Positions 25,412-33,966 of a stretch of DNA of 64,000 nt are shown one piece after another (positions within the stretch are counted from its first letter, which is position 1; every line of letters begins with the position of its first letter). Source of the stretch: a virus (lineage: Duplodnaviria; Heunggongvirae; Uroviricota; Caudoviricetes). The DNA is taken from the IMG/VR virus record IMGVR_UViG_3300044712_000123. One strand, given 5' to 3'. The notes below the pieces were generated by a model, which saw only the letters and a list, made by a program, of their open reading frames with translations, was not told the origin of the DNA and did not search any database. A program made the translations under genes and the position numbers.

Positions 25412-26005
25412 TCACTTGTCGTCAGTGCTAAAGATGATTTCGGTAGGAGATGAGTTCTTCTCTTTCCAATCCAAATCAAGTGCTGTCCATTCGTTGATCG
25501 TTTTAACCAACTTGACGACTTTCTCTCGTTTGGCAACTTTTTCAACATTTGTGATGTTAGTATTAGCCTCAAGCCACCATCCTTTTTTGAATGGATTGCC
25601 CTCTGTGACAGATTCAATGTCGTAGATAAACTTGACTCCGTCGCTTAGTTCACTCACTAATACAATGTCAGTTACTAGTAATCGACCTTCAGTGATGGCA
25701 TTCAGTTTCATCAATAGAATTAATGTAACGATTTGGTCGTATGGCTCCTCAGGCAAAGCACATACTTTGATTCCAGCAGCTTGAAACTTCTCAATAGCTT
25801 TCTTTTCTGATTCTTCTACAAACACACTACTCTCTAAACATTCAGATAAAAAGTACTTAATGCGATCCATCGCAATATTTTGTTCTCTGATAGAATCAGT
25901 TTCGACTAACATAGACAATGAAATGTCGTATACGTTCATCATGAACTTACCCTCAAAGTAAGCTCCTGCTTGAAATACAAATTCACGTTCAATTTGAGTA
26001 GACAT
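25412..26005 (-). CDS. Hypothetical protein
   Basis: 197 aa; TGATG coupling with upstream gene. Confidence 0.6.
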   Translation of the reverse strand: MSTQIEREFVFQAGAYFEGKFMMNVYDISLSMLVETDSIREQNIAMDRIKYFLSECLESSVFVEESEKKAIEKFQAAGIKVCALPEEPYDQIVTLILLMKLNAITEGRLLVTDIVLVSELSDGVKFIYDIESVTEGNPFKKGWWLEANTNITNVEKVAKREKVVKLVKTINEWTALDLDWKEKNSSPTEIIFSTDDK

Positions 26006-26238
26006 CAGTTATCCTTTTCAATGTTGACTTGGGTGTCGATGTTCTGTTGTTTCATTACATCATCCATTTGCCGTGTGTGTTCTTTTCTATAGCTTTCTAG
26101 AGCCATATGAAGTTGGTTAATCAAGGGCTGATTACGAGTGCGGTAAGCATATGTGAGCTTACGATTGAGATCAGAGATCGAACTCTGGAGTTCATCCAGA
26201 GTTTTGTCAGATAAGTCGTTAATAAATGGATGTTCCAT
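26005..26238 (-). CDS. Hypothetical helical protein
   Basis: 77 aa, downstream of TAAATA at 26244-26249. Confidence 0.6.
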   Translation of the reverse strand: MEHPFINDLSDKTLDELQSSISDLNRKLTYAYRTRNQPLINQLHMALESYRKEHTRQMDDVMKQQNIDTQVNIEKDN

Positions 26239-26250
26239 TCAAATATTTAG

Positions 26251-26994
26251 TTAGAATGCACTTAATGATATTCTTTTCCAAATAGCAGTCGAACCGTTAT
26301 AAGTACCGGTACAAACATACAGATAGCTTGAATCGGAACACATAGTACCTGCTACATCACCTCGAACACCTACGTTCGCAGGAGTTCTAGTAGGGATTTG
26401 TGTTGCTTTCTGCGGTCTATTTGTAGGAGCAACTGTGATTGTGTTACCACAATCAATGGTACTAAAGCAATAATCTAACTGAGTTACACCTGAAGGAGCA
26501 AACACTGTATTAGAACTATAATTCTCTAACTCAGTCTTGGTCGAGTCAACGTTTGTACCTGTAAAATTAATGTAAGAGTTGCTATCATTGACGTTCAAAA
26601 TCAATTGCACGTTGCTCTGAGTTCCTGAAGGTGCCCATGAACCAAACTGTAATGTTATATTACTATTGGCTGCAACTGTACCATAATGAACGTCTCCTAA
26701 AGACACATCAACTAGTACCGTACCAGATAGTGCGTTACCTAGATTGTTCGTACTTGCTCTGAAGCTGCGTGTCAATGCGTTGCTAATAAGTGTATTAGCC
26801 ATGTCATTATTAATCGTAGTTCCAGTCAATGCTTGTTTTACAACTACTTTATTTTGCAGGTCTGTTAATTCAGTTGCTGCTTGATCTAAGTTAGTTTTGA
26901 TTGACGCAAAATTATCTCTAAAGCCTTGGCTGTTATTGTTAACTCCAGGTACTGGATAATTTACGTTGATTCCGTTTGTGTTGATTGTACTCAT
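26251..26994 (-). CDS. Virion structural protein (baseplate/fibre-associated)
   Basis: INVNYPVPGVNNNSQGFRDNFASIK..AATELTDL N-terminal motif, related to the start of 30161..33871; TAAATA at 27013-18. Confidence 0.6.
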   Translation of the reverse strand: MSTINTNGINVNYPVPGVNNNSQGFRDNFASIKTNLDQAATELTDLQNKVVVKQALTGTTINNDMANTLISNALTRSFRASTNNLGNALSGTVLVDVSLGDVHYGTVAANSNITLQFGSWAPSGTQSNVQLILNVNDSNSYINFTGTNVDSTKTELENYSSNTVFAPSGVTQLDYCFSTIDCGNTITVAPTNRPQKATQIPTRTPANVGVRGDVAGTMCSDSSYLYVCTGTYNGSTAIWKRISLSAF

Positions 26995-27015
26995 GCTTTG
27001 TATTCCGTTATATAT

Positions 27016-29517
27016 TTAGTATTGTGTCTTGTCTGGTAAAATTGTTTGTCTAGGGAACAATACGTAAAAGTCCTTACTATCAAGTGGATCGGGTGAGGGA
27101 GTTGCACTAGGCAATCCTGTCCAAGATGGAGGTGATAGATTTGTATCGTAGTTGTAAGTTATACTCTTATTGACAGTGAATCTATCGATTTGGAAATTGA
27201 TACGATTTAGTGTGTATGGTACGAACTGGTTATTCAACAAGTAGCCCCATTTTTGTTCAATATTGCGCTTGATAGTTTCTGCTTTACCGGGCTTAGTATA
27301 AGCAATAACCCATGCTTGAGTATAACCCAGAGTGTTACCATCTGCCTGTTGGCTTGTCATCCACTGTGGCAATAATTTACTATTGTATTCTTGTCCCAAC
27401 ACAGACGCAACTTTATTGCGCATATTGAATAGACTGTTAGGATAAAGGATACGTGCATAACCGGGGGTTAGACTTGTATAATATTCTTGACCAAGGATAT
27501 CTTCGTAGCTAGTATATGTGTCGGTGACACTAGTATACCAGGGACCCAGTCCCAAATCAATAGGTCTAGGCCAATAAATTTGACTATTGATACTTACTCC
27601 CTTAGGATTAACCAAGTTATCAATTATTTCACTGTAAACTACTTCATAAATAATTTCACCAGCATCGTTCTTTGCTACAGCAGTCTTTAGTTGACCTAGA
27701 GTGATGTTGCGCCAATAATGGTTAGTAGTAACAGACGCAATGTATTGATCGATGCCACTAGCATAAATGCCATAAGCATGTTCGTATATTACGCTACTTG
27801 CTTTACCAAAATATACGTCAGATGGTCTATACAAGTCAGCTTCAGGTATGATATTTTCATCTGACAATAAGCTGTCAAGAATCATTCTATCTTCTACACT
27901 AGGAGACGCCTTAATATACAGTATATCAGTTGGTTGACTGAATTCTTGATATACTGTTACATTGAAAGTTTTAGTAGATTGAACTGACGGAAATTCAGGT
28001 GAATATGCCTGAACTGTGAACGTAAAATCTGTACTTTGACCTTGATTTAAAAATGCAGTAGTAGGTTGATTTGCAACTATTCCAGTTAGTTCACCGTTAC
28101 TACCTATGCTTAAATTTGGCGGCAGTGTACCTGACACAAACTTATACTGCAACGTAACATCAGATTCTGCGAGAACATTTAACGTACTAACTGTACCATT
28201 CAGAATGGTTCCCAAACTACTTGGGGTAATCCAAGTAATAGTACCGTTCACTTCATTGCTTACAGTATATTGAAAGTTGAAATACTGAGTAGTGATTGAA
28301 GGCTTAGTTTTCTTCCATACAGCAACGCTGAAGTTATAATTACTGATACCAACTGATCCCAACGTAGGGGTACCAGTTATCCATCCTGTAGTAGTATTGC
28401 CTGTTAGTTCTGTAGGTAAATCCGAGAAAGAATAAGTTATATCACTTCCATCGAAGTCATAACCAATAATTTTGAAAGCAAAGAAATCACCACTCTTGAT
28501 TGTACCTATATTTGCTGGCGTCGAAGGAGACACCGGTGGCAATATGTAGTATCCATAGTATGGGTCAGTTGTGATATTGAAGTTTAACGGTCTAGTATTC
28601 AGAATACTAGGAATTCGAGTGTTAGGTTGTTTTCCAGGACCTCCTTGAGTTACTGGTGTATTTTGATTAATAACGGTAATAGAGTAGGATGCAGTAGAAG
28701 AACCTAATAGACTTGATAGCTTCAATGTAAATGGATAAGTTCTAATAGTAGGTTGACCATCAGATATGCTAATTAAGTTAACACCCATTACACCAACAGC
28801 ATATGTCAATGCCAATGCGGGTCCAAACTGTGTGGCAGAAATACTGAATGTTGTACTAGATTCAATGCTTTTAACATAATATGTAGTATTAGGTTCTACA
28901 CTGCCAAAGACTGCTCCATAAAATATTATTGGACGACCCGGTGTGAATCCAGTAGTACTGACACATGTTATTAAATTAGTGCTTGAAGATGTTTCTGTTG
29001 CAGTAGTAATTACTGCTGGCAATGTTACGCTAACTGTTGGTGGATTAGGATAGCCCCTAATATTACCAGCATCATTTATTTCCAACCCAGGTGGAAGCGT
29101 ACCCTCTAGTAATTTAATTACTACAATATTGGTTGGGTCAGGATTAGAATATTCAACATCTATATCAACCCAAACACTATCTTGTGTATTCAATAAACTA
29201 CCTGAGGCAGTAGTAAAACTAGGTATAGCACTACCTGAGACATTTATAGAAAACGTTCTGTCTTTAATACTGTTTAAGTTGTCTGTTGCTCTAATAGTAA
29301 ATGTACTCTTAGTGTCAACTGTTACTAGATCAGGAATACCATAGATCAATCCATCAGATGTGAATGATACTCCGGGTGGCAAAGAACCACTCAATAGTGT
29401 ATACCTAATACTAGAAGCAGGTAATACTGCTGATGCTGACAGTTGAAATGTCATAGGAATAGTAGATGGGAATGCCCCTATTGACCCAGCTGCGGTGTTC
29501 CAAATTGGTTGTGCCAT
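27016..29517 (-). CDS. Baseplate/tail protein with putative Ig (He_PIG-like) domains
   Basis: Repeated YTLLSGSLPPGVSFTSDGLIYGIP / EGTLPPGLEINDAGNIRGYP / SGTLPPNLSIGSNGELTG motifs. Confidence 0.7.
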   Translation of the reverse strand: MAQPIWNTAAGSIGAFPSTIPMTFQLSASAVLPASSIRYTLLSGSLPPGVSFTSDGLIYGIPDLVTVDTKSTFTIRATDNLNSIKDRTFSINVSGSAIPSFTTASGSLLNTQDSVWVDIDVEYSNPDPTNIVVIKLLEGTLPPGLEINDAGNIRGYPNPPTVSVTLPAVITTATETSSSTNLITCVSTTGFTPGRPIIFYGAVFGSVEPNTTYYVKSIESSTTFSISATQFGPALALTYAVGVMGVNLISISDGQPTIRTYPFTLKLSSLLGSSTASYSITVINQNTPVTQGGPGKQPNTRIPSILNTRPLNFNITTDPYYGYYILPPVSPSTPANIGTIKSGDFFAFKIIGYDFDGSDITYSFSDLPTELTGNTTTGWITGTPTLGSVGISNYNFSVAVWKKTKPSITTQYFNFQYTVSNEVNGTITWITPSSLGTILNGTVSTLNVLAESDVTLQYKFVSGTLPPNLSIGSNGELTGIVANQPTTAFLNQGQSTDFTFTVQAYSPEFPSVQSTKTFNVTVYQEFSQPTDILYIKASPSVEDRMILDSLLSDENIIPEADLYRPSDVYFGKASSVIYEHAYGIYASGIDQYIASVTTNHYWRNITLGQLKTAVAKNDAGEIIYEVVYSEIIDNLVNPKGVSINSQIYWPRPIDLGLGPWYTSVTDTYTSYEDILGQEYYTSLTPGYARILYPNSLFNMRNKVASVLGQEYNSKLLPQWMTSQQADGNTLGYTQAWVIAYTKPGKAETIKRNIEQKWGYLLNNQFVPYTLNRINFQIDRFTVNKSITYNYDTNLSPPSWTGLPSATPSPDPLDSKDFYVLFPRQTILPDKTQY

Positions 29518-29518
29518 A

Positions 29519-30148
29519 TTAACCTTGACTTGTTAAGAAGTGCATTGCTTCGTCAAAATGGTGTTGTCTATCTGCTAGGCCGATAGTGCCACCGTTGATA
29601 CGTTTTGTAAGAGTCACAAAATCACCAGAATCACAATACTTGTTCAAGTTATTATTGTCCCAGAACCAACCAGCACTTGATACGGCACCATTGGGTGTCT
29701 CTAAATATTTAATTGTTTCTTCGATACTGATACCCAAGTCTTCCGCAAACTTAGTATAGTTTGCTCGACCGGTCAATTGAATCAGTCCACGACCGCAGAA
29801 ACGATATCCATCACCACTTGCTTCGTCACCGTTACTCATACGATTAGCATAAACACGATTAGCAATCTTCTCTGGCTTGCGTTCATATTGCTTTGCTAAG
29901 TCTTCTGTGGGGAAATATTTCTTAAATGTGTTCATCAAACCCTTTGCAGAATAGTTTAAATTTTCTTTAACTGCGGTAAAGCCACCTGATTCGTGTGCAA
30001 TCTGTGCTAAAAATCCTGCCAATCTTGCAGGATTAGCAGTCATTTCATAGTATTCAGCTACAGCATTCAATGGCTCGACATACCCTTCTAATATAGAAGT
30101 TTTTGTGTGCGGGCACATAGTGCGCAATAGTTCTAATGTTACTTTCAT
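29519..30148 (-). CDS. GH19 chitinase-like endolysin
   Basis: LAGFLAQIAHESGGF..ENLNYS, GDGYRFCGRGLIQLTGRANY, AGWFW, TKRINGG; no signal peptide. Confidence 0.92.
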   Translation of the reverse strand: MKVTLELLRTMCPHTKTSILEGYVEPLNAVAEYYEMTANPARLAGFLAQIAHESGGFTAVKENLNYSAKGLMNTFKKYFPTEDLAKQYERKPEKIANRVYANRMSNGDEASGDGYRFCGRGLIQLTGRANYTKFAEDLGISIEETIKYLETPNGAVSSAGWFWDNNNLNKYCDSGDFVTLTKRINGGTIGLADRQHHFDEAMHFLTSQG

Positions 30149-30160
30149 TTTCTTTCCTTA

Positions 30161-33100
30161 TTATGCGAATGTTGCGCCTACTGTATACCATTGTGTAGTT
30201 GTTGGTGCAATAAATTGTAAAGTGCCACCAGGAGCTTGAGAGAATCCAACGTTTGCAGATAGTGAGTTAATCGTTCCGCCGGCTGCTGGATATACTAACA
30301 ATGCATTAGCACTAGTGTTAGTGATAGTTAATACCATACCAGCAACTGCTGTGGGCAACACAACACCTGCGCCTGATGCTACAGTTGACACTACATTGAT
30401 TTCTTTAGTGATTGCAGTAGCAGTACCTTGTGTTGTACCTGCAGCACTTATTGCAGTTCCAACTGAACGAATATGATATGCAGTTGCAATAACGTTAGCA
30501 CCAGTGATGTTACCACTAGATGACACACTTGTTAAAGTACCTGTACTTGTAATGTTAGGCTGAGCATTCGTTGTTACTGTACCTGCAGTAGTAGCACTAG
30601 ATACAGTACCAGTTACGTTTGCACCTGCAATAGCACTCAATCCACTACCATTACCAGTAAACACCCCAGTGTTAGCTGTAAATGCTGTTGCTGTTACTGT
30701 TCCATTGACACCTAACGATGTTAATGTTCCAACTGAAGTAATGTTAGATTGAGCAGCGGTCGTTACTGTACCGGCAGTAGTTGCAGATCCAGCACTTGTT
30801 GCAAATGTTGCGTTAGCAACAGTACCTGTTACGTTTGCACCCGGGATACTTGTTAAGCCTGTTGCTGCACCATAATGTGTACCAGTAATGTTAGCACCAG
30901 TGATGTTACCACTAGATGATAAACTAGTTAATGTACCAACTGACGTAATGTTAGGTTGTGCATTTGTTGTTACTGTGCCGGCTGTAGTTGCGCTCGTAGC
31001 TGCTCCACTTAGTGCACCAACGAATCCAGTAGCTGTAATATATCCGTTTGCTAGGTTAGCAGAGAAAAGAGCATTAGATATATGAGCATAGTTACCATTT
31101 GCCGTTGCACTGATGAATGGAATATATACTGTACCAGTAGATGCTAAGTTAGTCAACAATGCGGCTGCGTTTGTAGCACTTACTGCATTAGTTGCGTTAG
31201 CTACTGTGCCAGTTACGTTAGCACCGGTAATAGCTGTCAGTGAGCTACCTGTACCTGTTGCTAATAGATAGCTTGCGGCTGCGGTTCCGCCCAAGAAACT
31301 TGCGTTGTTTGCTGTTGCTGCATTCAAGTTAGCAACTACAGTAGTAGATGTTACAACTAACGGTGCAGTACCGGTTGCAACACTTGATATTAGTTGACCA
31401 GCAGTTCCTAAATTACCAACGTTAGCATTACCAACTACGCTAAGAGTGTTACCTACGAATAAAGCATTAGTGGTTTTGTTAAATGTAAACCCTGAAGTTG
31501 CATTTGCTAATCCTGCATCATTAAACAACACTTGTGTGTTTGATCCATTAACCGTTAAATTACCACTGATGTTACCCTGTACGTTACCAATGAAATACGG
31601 AGCAGTAATATTACCTGTAGCAGTAAGAACACCAGTTCCTATGTTTCCAATATTAGCATTACCAGTGACAGTCAAGATGTTACCCGACAATACGTTACCG
31701 GTAATGTTGCCTGCCGGTACATTAATGTTTGCAGCACTAATGTTAGCTTGGACTACCATTGCTGATGTAATTGTACCAACTGATGTAATGTTTGGTTGAG
31801 CACCAGTTGTTAATGTACCAGCTATATAAGTTGCTGATACGTTAGCAGAAGTTACTGTACCTGTTGCTGATAGGTTACCAGCAATTGCATTACCACCTAC
31901 AGTCAATGCACCAGTGGTCTTGTTGAATGTTAAATTTGCGTTACCAGCATATGCAGAACCACCGTCGTTGAAAATAACTTGAGTGTTGGCACCTTGAGCA
32001 GGGGAAACAGTAGTAGTCGTCCATGTCATGTTACCCAAATTATCGGTTGACATTAGATAGTAACCGTTACCTGCAGCGCCTGTAACTTTAACGTTACCAA
32101 CTGGTCCCAAACTAGTCACACCACTTACAGTTAAACCAGTCAATGTACCTAAACTAGTAATGTTAGCTTGTGCTGCGGTTGTGATGTTACCACTGATGTT
32201 GCCGCCTGTGACGTTACCAGTATGATTACCTACAAACGTAGTGGCACCCAAGTTACCTACGTTAGCATTACCACTCACGCTAAAAGTACCTGCAATGTTT
32301 GCACCTGTAGAAGTAACGGTAAGAACGTTTGATACAGCAGCAACACTTATAGTGACGTTACCACTAACTCCCACAATATCAACGTTACTAGTACCGTTAC
32401 CAATACTAGAAACACCAATGTCACCTGCTTGTAGTAAACCTGAAACTGTCAAGTTACCCAATGTTGTATTTCCGCCTGCGCTCAATGTACCTGCGGTTGC
32501 TAGATTACCACCAGTAATTGTTCCTGTAGCTGTTATTAAAGCTGTACCCAAATTACCAACGTTTGCATTACCAGTAGCACTTAAGGTAGTTGCAAATACA
32601 CCAGTAACACCTAAGTTACCTACGTTACTATTACCTGTACCAGATAAATTACCTACATGCAACACTGCGCCAATATTACCAACGTTTGCATTACCGGTAG
32701 CACTTAGTGTTGTAGCAAATACACCAGTAACACCTAAGTTACCTACGTTACTATTACCTGTGCCAGATAAATTACCTACGTGCAATACTGCACCGATGTT
32801 GCCAACGTTAGCGTTACCTGTTGCACTCAATGTTGTAGCAAATACACCAATAACACCTAAGTTAGCAACGTTAGCGTTACCTGTTGCACTCAATGTTGTA
32901 GCAAATACACCAGTTGTGCCCAAATTACCTACGTTACTATTACCAGTTGAACTTAGTGTAGTTGCAAATACACCAGTTGTGCCCAAATTACCTACGTTAC
33001 TATTACCAGTTGAACTTAGTGTAGTTGCAAATACACCAGTGACACCTAAGTTAGCAACATTACTATTGCCGGTTGAACTTAGTGTAGTTGCAAATACACC

Positions 33101-33871
33101 AGTAACACCTAAGTTAGCAACGTTAGCGTTACCTGTTGCATTAAGAGTTCCAGCAACGTTTACACCAGTTGACGTAATGACTAATTCATTAGTAGCCCCA
33201 GCAGCAGAGATATTGATGTTTCCGTTAGCTGCTGGAATTGAGATACTAGAGTTTCCATTTGCAAAGATACCAATCAAGTTACCACCAGTGATGTTACCAG
33301 TAGCTGTAATTACACCACCTGTGATGATGTTACCACTAGTCAAGTTACCAGTCGAACTAATAGCGCCGGTGGTAGTTAAATTGCCGCCGGAAACGTTTCC
33401 AGTTGCACTAACTCGTCCTGCAGTAACTAAATTAGCACCTTGAATATTACCAGTTGCTGTAATCAATCCCCCAGTAGTAATGTTTCCACCAGTAACGTTA
33501 CCAGTAGCACTTAGATATCCAGATAAATTGATGTTTGCAATATTAGCAATGTTAGCAGGTAAATCTAAAACAAGTGTCTGACTTGATGAAACTAACGCAG
33601 CAGTAGTACCACCGTTACTACCTACACCAATGCTTAGAGTACTTGTACTTACTTGAACACATGCTATGTTTGCTGTAACGATAACGTTACCTGTAGGGCT
33701 GTTAACCGTAATACCAGCGCCTGGGTTTCTGTTAATAGATGTAACACTCGCGCCAGCGCCTGCATTATATACTTCCGTGAAGTTTTGTTGTACCTTGTCA
33801 AACGCCGTTCTAATCGCATCTGCATCTGGATCGTCTGGGAATGTTCCAAAATTAATATTCTGTTGTGCCAT
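30161..33871 (-). CDS. Long Asn/Gly/Thr/Ala-rich tail fibre-like protein
   Basis: N-terminal QQNINFGTFPDDPDADAIRTAFDKVQQNFTEVY attachment motif; extensive GN(V/I/L)TGGN repeats; C-terminal beta domain. Confidence 0.8.
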   Translation of the reverse strand: MAQQNINFGTFPDDPDADAIRTAFDKVQQNFTEVYNAGAGASVTSINRNPGAGITVNSPTGNVIVTANIACVQVSTSTLSIGVGSNGGTTAALVSSSQTLVLDLPANIANIANINLSGYLSATGNVTGGNITTGGLITATGNIQGANLVTAGRVSATGNVSGGNLTTTGAISSTGNLTSGNIITGGVITATGNITGGNLIGIFANGNSSISIPAANGNINISAAGATNELVITSTGVNVAGTLNATGNANVANLGVTGVFATTLSSTGNSNVANLGVTGVFATTLSSTGNSNVGNLGTTGVFATTLSSTGNSNVGNLGTTGVFATTLSATGNANVANLGVIGVFATTLSATGNANVGNIGAVLHVGNLSGTGNSNVGNLGVTGVFATTLSATGNANVGNIGAVLHVGNLSGTGNSNVGNLGVTGVFATTLSATGNANVGNLGTALITATGTITGGNLATAGTLSAGGNTTLGNLTVSGLLQAGDIGVSSIGNGTSNVDIVGVSGNVTISVAAVSNVLTVTSTGANIAGTFSVSGNANVGNLGATTFVGNHTGNVTGGNISGNITTAAQANITSLGTLTGLTVSGVTSLGPVGNVKVTGAAGNGYYLMSTDNLGNMTWTTTTVSPAQGANTQVIFNDGGSAYAGNANLTFNKTTGALTVGGNAIAGNLSATGTVTSANVSATYIAGTLTTGAQPNITSVGTITSAMVVQANISAANINVPAGNITGNVLSGNILTVTGNANIGNIGTGVLTATGNITAPYFIGNVQGNISGNLTVNGSNTQVLFNDAGLANATSGFTFNKTTNALFVGNTLSVVGNANVGNLGTAGQLISSVATGTAPLVVTSTTVVANLNAATANNASFLGGTAAASYLLATGTGSSLTAITGANVTGTVANATNAVSATNAAALLTNLASTGTVYIPFISATANGNYAHISNALFSANLANGYITATGFVGALSGAATSATTAGTVTTNAQPNITSVGTLTSLSSSGNITGANITGTHYGAATGLTSIPGANVTGTVANATFATSAGSATTAGTVTTAAQSNITSVGTLTSLGVNGTVTATAFTANTGVFTGNGSGLSAIAGANVTGTVSSATTAGTVTTNAQPNITSTGTLTSVSSSGNITGANVIATAYHIRSVGTAISAAGTTQGTATAITKEINVVSTVASGAGVVLPTAVAGMVLTITNTSANALLVYPAAGGTINSLSANVGFSQAPGGTLQFIAPTTTQWYTVGATFA
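32555..33150 (-). repeat. Coding tandem repeats (~63 bp; GN(S/A)NV(G/A)NLG(V/T)TGVFATTLS(S/A)T)
   Basis: About eight near-identical 21-aa units, two of them extended by IGAVLHVGNLSGT. Confidence 0.85.
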
Positions 33872-33891
33872 TTTTATATCACCTTATCTAT

Positions 33892-33899
33892 TATTTATC
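33892..33899 (-). promoter_or_regulatory. Putative late promoter GATAAATA
   Basis: Between the terminator and the fibre start codon. Confidence 0.55.
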
Positions 33900-33923
33900 G
33901 TTATCGATAAAACAGATGCCCAA

Positions 33924-33953
33924 AAAAATACCCGACGATTGCCGGGTATTTTT
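33924..33953. terminator. Rho-independent terminator
   Basis: AAAAATACCCG-N8-CGGGTATTTTT downstream of 33967..36507. Confidence 0.8.
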
Positions 33954-33966
33954 AGTTAGTTTAGTA

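Noticed and set aside
25412-26005. Weak QueD/T-fold resemblance (REFVFQAG..YDISL..MDRIK)
   Set aside because: The Zn-binding His and catalytic residues are absent; too weak to call without a profile search.
32555-33150. Regularly spaced repeats resembling a CRISPR array
   Set aside because: The units are in-frame coding repeats without unique spacers, and no cas genes are present (the Cas4-like exonuclease is a common stand-alone phage gene).
32241-33443. 400-aa plus-strand ORF
   Set aside because: Antisense shadow of the repetitive fibre gene; its Pro/Val/Leu repeats simply mirror GN/AN/TG codons and it has no RBS. The same applies to 31446..31799, 58822..59322 and 59377..59733.
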